Assembly (NCBI GenBank): GCA_040954595.2
Contig: CM082597.2
Span: 7,465,849-7,529,848, forward strand
Direction of reading: 5' to 3'
From: Balanoglossus misakiensis
Lineage: Eukaryota; Animalia; Hemichordata
DNA length: 64,000 nt
In this document: piece by piece, positions 51,901 to 64,000 of the stretch
Layout: the number at the start of each line of letters is the position of its first letter
Numbering within the stretch: position 1 is the stretch's first letter
Translations under genes and position numbers: made by a program
The notes under the pieces: model-generated
What the model was told of the DNA's origin: nothing
The model's database searches: none
What the model saw: the letters and a program-made list of their open reading frames with translations, nothing else

Positions 51901-54900
51901 TTACTTAAACTCTTTGCACCAACATCTCCAATGTTATTATGACTAAGATCCAGGTGTCTCAGCCCAGTCATATTCCCTATCTCTTTACTTAAACTCTCTG
52001 CACCATCATCTCCAATGTTATTTGAACTGACGTCTAAATGTCTCAGAGACAACAGATGCTCAAAACTATCAGCAACAACTCTAGCATTATTAGAAGTGAA
52101 ACCAGACTTAGTAATAACTAAATGTTTTAAGTTCTTGAAGAAAATCAGATTTAAACATAGCAAGTTGGTAATGTCAGACGATAACCTTGAAACATGTATT
52201 TGTTCTACAGAGTTTCCTTTCTTCTGCAAATTGAAAATGTCACCCACAGTTTTGAAGTGACACTTCACATGTGATTTGAAATCTCCAACCTGGTTTGCAA
52301 TCTGTTCACACTCTAACAACCTTCCAAGACTTTCTTCCACCCCATTATTCTCCAACAGAACATTGAATTCATCAACCAATGGTGTTAATGCTACACACCC
52401 ATGGGAACCTAACTTGTTGTTCGAGACATCTATATCCTTCAGAAATGGAAAATATTTGACAGCTCTCAGAAGTACACCAATAAAGGTGTATTCTAAATCA
52501 TTATGTGGCAACTCCAACTTCCTTACTTTTAATGACACATTTTCATTTACCATCATTTTGAAAACCTTTGTGACAAATACATCATTAAATCCGGTGAAAT
52601 GGAGTGATTTCAACAGAGGCAGTGATCTCAATGCTTTGACAAGTGCCTGAATTGTTTCATGACCAACATCCTGAAAGTTGTCATCAACTGCTTCAATAGT
52701 CACACTTCTCAGACTGACCTCACTATGACCTTTGACAGATTTTTGTGTGTGAGCCATGAAAAGCCTGTGGAATGTGATATATCTAGTAGCCACAGTCAAC
52801 TCAGTTGAGTTTTTAACTTGAAATTTGACAGTTGATGATGGATTTTCAATGATAACATTCAGCTGTTTTTTGAACTCCTCTGAAAGGTCTGCCATTTCTT
52901 TATCGCTTGTCAAATTGATATTCTGAACAATAGTTGTGTTCTTTAAAATAAATGATATTTCTTCTAAACTTTGGAGTGTTACTCTATTTAAATCAACGGC
53001 TGACAGATCTAATGGTTGTTGTTTTAACAACTTCTGAATAATTCCAGTAAACTTTTCTGGACATTTTGATTCATGAAGGCAACCAGCAAGTAGTGCAAAA
53101 TATTCATACCTCACTGGATATGACTTCATTATACATTCTGTGAGTATTCTGAAGAAAAATGAATCTTTTTCTTTACCCACAAAAGACCAAAAGCGCAAAG
53201 CAAGTAGTACCCTGAAGGAAAGCGTTGTTTTATCCTTCATCATACTTGACACAAAATACAGAGCAATTGGCATGGACATCAAGATGGTCTGAATTCTATC
53301 CCGTTCCAAGAATAAATTTTGGTCTTTCTTCAAATACACAGCAACTGCATAAAAATATAGATACTGACTTAAAAAGTAATGGTCATTTTGTTGAGTCTTC
53401 CTAAGCAAACCAAACAAATATGCTTCATTAACAGAGGCAGTTTGCTCCAGGAAAAAAGACTTAGTATCTACAAAGTCTCGAAATGCTTGTAGCCCAATTT
53501 CACAAAGCCTGTCCTGCACTACATCCCAGACATTCTCTATCTCAAGTTGATGTTCCCTACAGTACATCTCTACATGATGTTTAATTGCATATTCAGTTGC
53601 CTCCGTCAAAGTTGATGGTAAAGTGTAACAATTCTCATACCAGTAAGATACAAGAAAAGGAAAGAAAAATTTTTGTGATCTCAATTCACCTACAATTGGA
53701 TGAAATATGGACTGCTGTATCAAATACTTAGCTTGGCTGTTCTCTTCTACATGATCTAAAACATATCTCTCCCATTCATCACATGCAACAGTTCTCACCC
53801 AGGTCTTCTCAGGGATGGTGTAGACAGCAGACATATCTGATAGAAACAAAAAAATATGTACTACATGTAATTATGCTCATATATTCAACACACATAATAC
53901 ACACAAAGATGTTGTATGGCCAGCCTTGTCAAAGTGTCATTCATCATTATATTACCATGGCCTGTGTGTCTCATTTTTATTGGTCAAGATGAACGACGTC
54001 ACCGACCACAAATACTCAGTAATGGTTTGTTTACATGCCCGTAAATCTGAATAGTAATATTAATAAACAGTTCAGTGAATACAACATTTTGCATAACACA
54101 AGTTCCGGGGCCCCTAGTCTTTTGTGTGGGCCATTTTTGTAAATTTTGACAGTTTTCTTGAGTTTGTTGGTAATATAATGGAAATAACCGACTCCGCTCT
54201 GACCATTAACGTTTGTTTATGGGCTAGGGCTCGAGGAAAGCCAAAATACATGGGCTCGGAAGCCTCGCTCATAATTTTTTGGCTTTCCCCTCGCCCTCGC
54301 CCATAAAAAAAACGTTAATCATGGTCAGGGTATCGTCCATTACTTCTACAGTGACACAACTACATGTCAACAATATATTGTCAACAGTGCTAGGTCAGTG
54401 AATTTTTGATCAATGTTATCCATTTCAGCAGTAGTCAGATAATGAAAAGGACATTCAGTGAGCACAGAAAATGTATGTCTGCCTTGAGGCAGCTAAGATA
54501 CATTGCTGCCCTCTGGGCAGATTGGTAGATATGTACACTATGTTAGTAATGATGTGTTAGCATAGGAATTTGTGAAAAGTATCATGCATTATTAATACAA
54601 TTGTGAAGACTTAAATACTCACCATGAAGTATGTGTTTGACAGTCTCAAACTCCTTTTCGTCTATCATCATTCTGATTCTAACAACATATCCAGCTTTCT
54701 CTGCTAGGGATCTCATCTCCAATGTTATTAAGATATCACTCAGCATTTCATCAACTTCTCCAGCATCATATTTCTGCCAGAAATAATCACTGTCTTCCTC
54801 AGAAAGGAAACTCAGTAAGAACCACAAAGAACCGAGTCCAACTCCATCTAATCTTGCTTTATGTTGCTCATAGGCTTTATCTAACTGTTCTATCAGATCT

Positions 54901-57900
54901 GGGTCATCTCTTTCCACGATTTTCTTTATCTGAAGTTCATAAATTGCTGATATTTGATTTATCAAGATCTGTTTCTGCTTCATTTTCTCCCTTTCAAGTT
55001 CCATTTTCTCTCTTTCAAGTTCCATTGTTTGGTTATCTTTATTCCTTTCCACCTTCATCTTTTCAAGCTTAATCCTTTTGTGTTCTGTTTCATGCTCCAT
55101 CCTTTTCTGCTCTGTTTCATGCTCCATCCTTTTCTGTTCTGTTTCAAGCTCCATTTTCTTGTGTTCTGTTTCCACTCTCATCTTTTCCATCTCCATCTTC
55201 ATCTTTTTTTCTTCAAATTCCAGATTTACTTCACACTTAACAGCTATGGATTGAATAAACAATGAAACAGAAATAATTGCCAGCTGGATGATGATTTTTG
55301 CTGCCAGACAATTGTGGCCAAAATGAATTGATCAAGATTATTTCGCTACATATAAACTACTGATCAAATTATATTTTATCTCCCAAATATAATTTCATCC
55401 TATTAAAAATAGCGATGTGTTTTCAATAGAGGAATCATACAGTGTCAGTTAATGTTCATGTCAAAGCTAAGATATGTTGTGTGACATGTCTGAGTTTAGG
55501 TGAAACCAACTAACACTGTAGTTTAATGACCATTTCACTAAATCACCCATCAGTTTTGATATTTAGGGTAAATGTCCAGGGAGTGACTGTCCTCGAAACT
55601 TGGGTGTTCGGGAAAAGTGAACACACTGCAGGAAACATAACTTACTTGGCATCAATGGCCTTTTCCGTTGTATCATTTTTGATTTATGAGTTTCACTTGT
55701 TGGTTTCTCATCTGAAACAACGGCAGTCACTGGACTTCCTGCGAGGAGAAAGTTTTTAAAAAAAAAGTTAGTTCAGAAAAGTGCAGTACCCTTTCACTTT
55801 TTTCACAGGTCACATTGGCATGCTAGTAAAGTTTGACATATAAATTGTTGTATATACAAGTAAGTATGAGTTTCATGAAATGATGACACTCGTGACTGTC
55901 TGAATTAATTTCACCTGTTTCAATCCCAGCGAAAGTTTCTGTGCAAGTTACAAATTGGTTGTTCCAACGCAGAGATATTCAATACACAAAACAGAATAAG
56001 TTTTTAAACAACTGGTCCAATCAAAGTAAGCAATCAAACTGTACTTACCAAGGTTCTGTGGCTGGGGTGAGAGTGACTGGGAAGAACAGGCATATTTAAA
56101 ACCTCCTACACCTTCATCAGTTAAAGGACTCCTTACATTATGGGCTGGTGATTTGTCACTTACCATTATCACTAGAAAACAGAAAAATAAAGTTTAATGA
56201 CTAACAGTTGCATTAAAAATCTCTTAACATAATTACTGGTAATAAAAATATGAAATTACATTATTTAACAAAACATCTGTTTCTGTACCCATGTTTTTTA
56301 ATCTTCAGGAGCCTGCAACTTATCAAATAAAGTGTTCTTACCCAGGTTTTCTTGTTTGGGTGAGAGTGACTGGGAAGGCTGGCCATCTTCAAAAGTTGCA
56401 AAACCTTCATGGGTTGAGGGACTCTTTCCACTCTGAACTGGTGATTGAGGTGTTGGAACTGGAAGAAGGAAAGATTTTGAGGACAAAACTCCCATTAAGA
56501 AGTCTTGTAATCAGATGAATGAGGTAAAGTCAAACCTGTATATAGTGGAGGGACTTTCCTTAACTTTATTTGAAGTCAGTCTGGACTGTAAGTCACCTGT
56601 CAACATTATTAATATTAGGTTGATAGCTTCTTTGATAATAAAAGTCAAGTGAAAAATGCTTAAACTACTTACCAAAGTTTTCTGGTTTGGGTGAGAGTGA
56701 CTGGGAAGGCTGGCCATCTTTAAAAGTTGCAACACCTTCATGGGTTGAAGGAGTCTTTCCACTCTGCAATTGTGATTGAGGTGTTGGAACTGGAAGAAGA
56801 ATAAGGAAAAGATTTTAAGGCTAAAATTCCCATTAAGAAGTCTTGTGATCAGATGAATGAGGTAAAGTCAAACCTGTGTATAGTGGCCAGTCAAGGGAAT
56901 TTCCTTAACTTTATTAGAAGTCAGTCAGGACTGTAAGTCACCTGTCAACATTATCAATTTGATAGCTTCTTTGATAATAAAAGTCAAGTGAAAAGTGCTT
57001 AAACTACTTACCCAGGTTTTCTGGTTTGGGTGAGAGTGACTGGGAAGGCTGGCCATCTTCAAAAGTTGCAAAACCTTCATGGGTTGAGGGACTCTTTCCA
57101 CTCTGAACTGGTGATTGAGGTGTTGGAACTGGAAGAAGAAGGAAAAGATTTTGAGGACAAAACTCCCATTAAGAAGTCTTGTAATCAGATGAATGAGGTA
57201 AAGTCAAACCTGTATTTAGTGGAGGGACTTTCCTTTACTTTATTTGAAGTCAGTGTGGACTGTAAGTTACCTGTCAACATTATTAATATTAGGTTGATAG
57301 CTTTTTTGATAATAAAAGTCAAGTGAAAAATGCTTAAACTACTAACCAAAGTTTTCTGGTTTGGGTGGGAGTGACTGGGAAGGCTGGCTATCTTTAAAAG
57401 TTGCAACACCTTCATGGGTTGAAGGAGTCTTTCCACTCTGCAATTGTGATTGAGGTGTTGGAACTGGAAGAAGAATAAGGAAAAGATTTTAAGGCTAAAA
57501 TTCCCATTAAGAAGTCTTGTGATCAGATGAATGAGGCAAAGTCAAACCTGTGTATAGTGGCCAGTCAAAGGGAATTTCCTTAACTTTATTTGAAGTCAGT
57601 CTGGACTGTAAGTCACCTGTCAACATTATTAATATTAGGTTGATAGCTTCTTTGATAATAAAAGTCAAGTAAATATATAAAGCTTAAACTACTAGTTTTT
57701 ACCCAGGTTTTCTGGTTTGCGTGAGAGTGACTGGGAAGGCTGGCCATCTTTAAAAGTTGCAACACCTTCATGGGTTGAAGGAGTCTTTCCACTCTGCAAT
57801 TGTGATTGAGGTGTTGGAACTGGAAGAAGAATAAGGAAAAGATTTTAAGGCTAAAATTCCCATTAAGAAGTCTTGTGATCAGATGAATGAGGTAAAGTCA

Positions 57901-60034
57901 AACCTGTGTATAGTGGCCAGTCAAGGGAATTTCCTTAACTTTATTTGAAGTCAGTCTGGACTGTAAGTCACATGTCAACATTATAGGTTGATAGCTTCTT
58001 TGATAATAAAAGTCAAGTGAAAAATGCTTAAACTACTTACCAAAGTTTTCTGGTTTGGGTGAGAGTGACTGGGAAGGCTGGCCATCTTTAAAAGTTGCAA
58101 AACCTTCATGGGTTGAGGGACTCTTTCCACTCTGAACTGGTGATTGAGGTGTTGGAACTGGAAGAAGAAGGAAAAGATTTTAAGGACAAAACTCCCATTA
58201 AGAAGTCTTGTGATCAGATGAATGAGGTAAAGTCAAACCTGTGTATAGTGGCCAGTCAAGGGAATTTCCTTAACTTTATTAGAAGTCAGTAAGGACTGTA
58301 AGTCACCTGTCAACATTATCAATTTGATAGCTTCTTTGATAATAAAAGTCAAGTGAAAAATGCTTAAACTACTTACCAAAGTTTTCTGGTTTGGGTGGGA
58401 GTGACTGGGAAGGCTGGCTATCTTTAAAAGTTGCAACACCTTCATGGGTTGAAGGAGTCTTTCCACTCTGCAATTGTGATTGAGGCGTTGGAACTGGTAG
58501 AAAAAAAGCACAAAAATCTAATGACTAAAATTCTTCCAACCTTACACCTATATTAATTACAAGTTGTTAAAATGCTTCACTGTCACAAAATAATCATTAA
58601 CTGTAATAATTATATATTTCTTCCAAAAAAGTGCAACAGAATAGTCACTTCATCATTTTTCAACTTCGCTTTCATTTTGCTGCAAACAGGATGATGTGTT
58701 GCTTGTTAAAATCATCTGAAGTGTAATTTTCAATTCAAAAATATACATTCATCAGGTTACATACTGTCCTTTCAATCTAACTATCTGAGACTACACCCTT
58801 TTGTTTTGGGATTGTGTGTGGAAAAGGAAATATACTTACTTTGTGCAGGCTGTGTACTCTGAACTTCTTTGAAACAAGCTCTGAACTTTTCATGACTTTC
58901 AGTAATCTCTGTGTGACTGAGATACATATTCTTCAAACGTGTCGCCGTGGGTATTGCATGTGTTGCTGTCAACAACTTATTGATCTGTTTTGATAAATCC
59001 CCATCAACAGAAGGGTCATACAGGAAATACTTCGCTTCATGGTCAAAGCATGTGTTCATAAATGCTGCTAAGGCAGTTCTTTCTGGAGCTAACACAGGTA
59101 GTCCTGCAGCCATGGATCGTAATCCCTCCATCCTGAATGGCTCATCAGGTGGTATAATACAGACATTACTCTGAAGTAAATCTCTGTAAATCTCATCTTG
59201 AGAGCCGTATGAGGGATAAATGTTTGGTTCTATGTAGGGGCAATTTAAGTTGACTGTAAGAAAATTCTTTGTGTTAGCCACATCAGCTTCTGGGGGAGTA
59301 CGTACACACCACAATGGAACCATCATTTGCATCTGGTCGAATGTACCAGCTGTTTTTCCAACTTCAGCAGCAAGTGTTTTATATCGTGGGGAGTCGACAG
59401 CTGTATCAGTTATCACAGTCAGGATTTGTTTCAAGTCACTAGTTTTTTCTATGTCATCCACATTGACATCAAAGAATTCTTTCTCTGGTCTTGGACGATA
59501 CAATTCATGTCTTACAGGAACTTCGGTTGTTTGGTAGAGTTTCTTGTAATATTCAAAGACATTTGGTCCAACAGAGAAAACTGCAGATGCCTCCTCAGCA
59601 AATCTGATGTGTTTGCCTTGTACTTCAGCTGATGGGATGGTGTGATTGATGAGGATAATCTTAGCATCTTTGAAATATCGTTTCCTCAAAACATTTGCAA
59701 CCAAGAGCTTTGCTGAAGGCTTGACATGTTCCACAATGTATTTCACATTTTGTAACTCTGTGAGATTTGTGAAGAATGTCTCTGGAGAAAGAACCCAATC
59801 TGGCTTCGGTGTGTCATTCTTATATCTCTCAATCACATCCTCTTGTATTCTTGGAAGTATCAACTCAACTCCACAATCAGCTGCATCTTTCCTTTCTGCA
59901 TCACTTGCCTCCAAAACAACACAACATGTTTTACGTTTTCTGTCTTCAGCTACACTGCTTGCAAGTTGACAGTTGAGGGCAGATACAGTGTCCTTCACAC
60001 GATTCCACTTTTCAGCCAAGAATACGGTAGTCAT
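48945..60034 (-). CDS. NLR-like gene B, about 2571 aa: GT4-like-linker repeats-coiled coil/TRADD-N-like-HD1/WH/HD2-LRR-tail, with no P-loop NACHT core
   Basis: Predicted exons: 60048-58840 (ATG at 60034), seven 117-nt exons, 56171-56049, 55711-55646, 55243-54623, 53836-48945. The summed length is 7716 nt and stays in frame to the stop. Confidence 0.8.
49470..52045 (-). repeat. 84-bp coding tandem array, 31 LRR units
   Basis: There are 30 SHNN units between 49497 and 51933 (29x84 bp) and one SSNN unit. Confidence 0.92.
54199..54328. repeat. Imperfect foldback in a gene-B-specific intronic insertion
   Basis: ctgaccattaacgttt...ggaaagccaaaa pairs with ttttggctttcc...aacgttaatcatggtcag. It is absent from the corresponding gene A intron. 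Confidence 0.6.
56342..58493 (-). repeat. Tandem array of seven ~340-bp exon+intron units, each with a symmetric 117-nt exon
   Basis: Exons are 58493-58377, 58157-58041, 57819-57703, 57463-57347, 57128-57012, 56789-56673 and 56458-56342. Each encodes about VPTPQSxxQSGKxPSTHEGxATFxDGQPSQSLSPKPENx and is open. Confidence 0.85.
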
Positions 60035-60989
60035 TTTGAAGTCTTTATCTGAAAACAGATCAGAATACAATTGCCATACATAAGACATATATTCAACTGA
60101 CTCATATTATGTGTAATTTGTTTCTATGAAAAAAATAGCGTCAAGGACACTGTGGTCCAATTTGAGGATTATGGGTAAATAGTGATATACCAGAATAAAA
60201 ATTACAGGTGACATTGCAAGCAGATATGATCTAATCACATAGAAATATGGAATGTAAAAAAAAATAACAAGGAACATGCCCAATAAACTGCTAGAAAAAA
60301 TTATTTTTCACCAAAAAATTGTCTGTACAAACACATATGACAAGCAACTTTATTCAGTCAGCCCTGGAACAGACAGACAGACGATGAAGATGCTCACTGA
60401 CCTGCCACTGGTAATTAAGATAATTGTTTGTGGTATAAGACAAAATATCAACATTTTGAATTACCCATGATTTGTTTCCATTATTATTTATAATTTTAAA
60501 TAATCCCCTCATATTAATTTACAGCTCAAATTTTAAAGAAATCAGCTATATAATTTCCGAAAAAAGATAATTTTTTTATCAAAATTAGAAAATATGCCCC
60601 CAAAATACAAAATATTGCCCCAACAAATCATTGATACTTTATTTATTATGTGTATTGTATTAAAATCATCAAGAGGACACACCCAGGAACCTTCAAATCA
60701 AATTTCAAAGCAATGGGGTAGAGGGTTCTGAGAAAGAGTTTTGACCAAAAATGGCAAAATTCACCCAAAAATATACTATTGAATTTACCATGATTAGAAA
60801 AAAAAATGCAAGAAGCCACCTCTGCACACCCTCAAATGTTTTTTTAAATAATTTGGAAAGTTATTTTAGAAAAGAAGATTTGTTTTATTAAAAATGAGGA
60901 AAATGACAAAAAAATCACCAAATTCGCCATTTTCTGATATCAACAAAAGGTGAAAAAAATCTATATAAGGTCTCAATAAAGTAAATACA

Positions 60990-61273
60990 AACCAATTTGC
61001 AAAGCAATCTGACCAGTAGTTCTTGAGTTGAGTTTTGACCAAATTCACATTTTTTCAGCTAATTTGCATATTTTTTGCAATGACAACTTCATTTGGACAA
61101 ACTCCCATCTACAGCACGGCCACATATCAAGGTGAAACACGCAGCAGTTTTCAAGTTTTTGATGTGGGCGGACATACAGACATACATCCATACATACATA
61201 CAGACGCAACTGATCCCATAAGGTCCCATGGTATATATATACATATAATTACAAACCAAATGGGACCTAAAAA
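60990..61273. mobile_element. Family-C HINE fragment in reverse orientation
   Basis: Reverse complement of 26545-26815, including the (TACA)n tract and the ggtcccat/atgggacc hairpin. Confidence 0.7.
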
Positions 61274-61550
61274 CGTGAAAATAAAATTTCGCGTAAAATG
61301 ATTTTCGGAGATAACGATGCAGTCAGTGAAATACGAGAACGAGGAAATTAATCCTCGCGTAACAGTTGCCTCTTTTGATATCACAAAAATTTCCTGTCGC
61401 AAAAATAACAGTACCTTCCCGGACAAGCGGTGTTGCAAATAGCCATCTGAAGTTGACTTCTTGTCCATAACTCAATAATGTATCAACAATAACACATTTC
61501 CCTTTCCATAGTAAAAAAAGTGACTCATGTAAAATATACTGGGGTAGTAA

Positions 61551-62075
61551 GGGACCGTTCAGTTTTTATGGGGGGTGGTCTCCCACACAAACCCCTTCAT
61601 TCTTCGCCACATTTAATTTGTGGCTGGTTTGTCTAGTGTACCAGGCAGAGTACTTGCCACCACCACCCCCCTCCCAATGCTAACTTTGAGTGGAGTGGCA
61701 ACAGTAAAATTGGTCCTCCCAAACATTGTATTAATTTGCTTTTGAGTTCATTATAATGTAATTTTGAGAACAGTATTTTACAAAATTTTCTTCTTTTACC
61801 AATTATACCAACTATTGTATTGACTTGTCAAGTTCATTTATTCATAGATTTCTTTATTGCAACAATATACTATTATACACTTCAATTATAAATTTCTTTA
61901 AGAAATTTATAATTGAGGTGTAAGGAGCCTCTTTTCCTTTATTGCATACAATGTACATGAGATCAGAACGGCGAATTTTTTTCTGGGTGGGGGGGTCATC
62001 ATACTATTGCGCCTGGGTGAAGGGGGGTCGGCCTGATTTTGAAAACCGACCACACAAACTTGCCGCCCCCCCCCC
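61551..62075. mobile_element. Partly deleted copy of the Harbinger-like MITE, containing the empty Helentron target site (61731-61737)
   Basis: Starts taa-gggaccgttcagtttttatgg. The interior is a diverged reverse complement of about 20180-20680. Confidence 0.72.
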
Positions 62076-63491
62076 AAGACAGAATCTAGCTGACACATAA
62101 CAATAGCTTCCCCAATAAATTCAAGAGAACATACATTGAGGGCTGGTAATTGGTGATTTGAGGAATCACAATAGCGCTCCCACTAATAGTGACATACCGG
62201 TATAGCTTTGCGAACTCTACAAACACAGTTAAGTATACGACTAGAAGCTATAGGTGTACTCACTACAACAGGGCCAACAACAACAGTAGTCTGAGAGCAA
62301 GTGTGATGAATTTAAACACAAATTTCAACTACTTTCAGAACTCATAATGATTCCAGTCTAGTCTGTGAATTAAACTGAACAACCCAAAATACTAAAAATA
62401 ATACTATTTGACTTCTATCGTAATGTCTGTTTTCCTGATCCCTAATTTAGTACAAGGAAATAACTTCTAAAATGGCCACTAAAAGGTGACCTCAGGTGAC
62501 CCCTGTCCAACCACGGAACCAGATCGAAATAGTATATTCATTGTTTGAATTATTATTTTGCAGCAAATCTGGTTAACAAATCATTATTCAAATGATTGTT
62601 TGTGTACTTATTGTTCATGTATGTCTATAATTACATCAGCTTGTGGCAAAAAACACTCTCTTTCATTTGATAAACAAACTGGTCGGAATCCTACCTGTTG
62701 TAAGTATCTCCACCTGTTGCAGTCTGTCAACCATTAACTGGATGAGATGCCCTCTGCGGTAGCTTCTTACGTTTATGTGGGTCAGGGTCATCACAGTCCC
62801 TGGGACTTGATGTAGGTCCAATCGAAGCACTCCACTCCTCATTATGAAGAACTAATAAAAAGACCTTTTGGGTGTACTACCAGCTAGGGCGGGTGTCACT
62901 GGGAGAGGCATGTGCAGTAAAATTCATTTATCATTTCTATATTTCTTCAGTGTATTGTAAAAGCAATTTTCATTTGTTCTCAACAGTTAAAGATAGAGTA
63001 AAAGAACAACTTTTAAAATTAAGTTGAAACTTTTTCCAATAATTTGAATGACTTATAAGCCACATTGCAACTGATAATTAAAAGTGAATAAAACCGACAC
63101 ATATCACTTCAGTTTTTCACACAGATTTTAATAGAAACTATTTACCAGCAAGGTAACATTACCTTTAATTCGACGTACAATTTGTTTTTTGTCGAGAATC
63201 CCTCCTCTGGGAATGAAAGCATAAGGTAGCCGCCAGCCATAGATTAAGTGCCATGGCAGTCTTGGCATTTACTTTATTTCTACAATGACCATTCCTGAAA
63301 ATTCTGGTGTCACCTTTAGCACCGCAACAGTCTGGAGATGTGACGAATATGGCTGTACATCTGTTTTGAATTCCGCTTTCATTTTGTGCATATGGTTCTT
63401 AATCTATCTCTGAAAATGGTCTCACCAACAAAACTAATGTTTGGAGTTCAAGTGCCGTCAACAATTCCTTCAGATTAGCGTTAAATCATGA

Positions 63492-64000
63492 TTTTTGGGT
63501 CCCATTGGTATGTTCCATGGGACCTTATTGGATCGGTTGCATCTGTATGTATGTATGTATGTATGGATGTATGTATGTCTGTATGTCCGTCCACATCAAA
63601 AACTTGAAAACCGCTGCGTGTATCACCTTGATATTTGGTGTGCAGATGCAGGCTGGGCTATAGATGGGAGTTTGTTCAAATGAAGGTGTCATTGCCAAAA
63701 ATATGCAAATTAGCTGGAAAAATGTGAATTTGGGCATAACTCAATAACTCAAGAACTACTGGTCAGATTGCTTTGCAAAGTGGTGTGTATTTACTTTATT
63801 GAGTTGTTTTAATTAGGCAGGAAGTTCCCTGGTGTGAATGATTTACACAGCAAATTCCTGAATGATTACATAACTGGCTAAGTTTTAAAGAGGCCAGCTG
63901 TTCTATTTAGTGTATGTACAGTACATATGCCATTGGCAGCTTATGGGTCAGTCAGTGTTTGCCCATTGATCTCTCGCTATGTGTGTGTCTGTCTGTCTGT
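63492..64000. mobile_element. Family-C HINE, paralogous to 26545-27122, cut by the window end
   Basis: Same left hairpin and body, with a longer (TGTA)n tract. Confidence 0.75.

Overview
AT-rich eukaryotic DNA with GT-AG introns, microsatellites and MITEs; probably a marine invertebrate (inference only). There are two systems. (1) Positions 36-24798 are one composite Helentron/Helitron2-type insertion, and a paralogous empty site at 61702-61760 defines its limits. It is a nest of six same-orientation elements. An outer ~1.25-kb non-autonomous element contains four non-autonomous copies nested inside one another (four left hairpins in a row, then four body+right-end units). It also contains a 17.8-kb autonomous element with an intact 2535-aa OTU-Rep-PIF1 helicase-APE endonuclease ORF. 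Every inner copy sits in the T-rich tract just inside the left hairpin of the element that hosts it. (2) Positions ~29500-60050 hold two tandem, minus-strand, multi-exon NLR-like genes, which I assembled by hand using phase-1 splice junctions. Their architecture is [DED]-GT4-like glycosyltransferase-Ser/Pro linker exons-coiled coil/TRADD-N-like-HD1/winged helix/HD2-LRR array, with no recognisable NACHT P-loop. Copy B is open (~2571 aa, 31 near-identical LRRs, seven 117-bp linker exons, no DED). Copy A has a DED and 24 LRRs, but a 31-bp deletion cuts the LRRs out of frame. Domain calls come from motif recognition by eye and no database searches were run.
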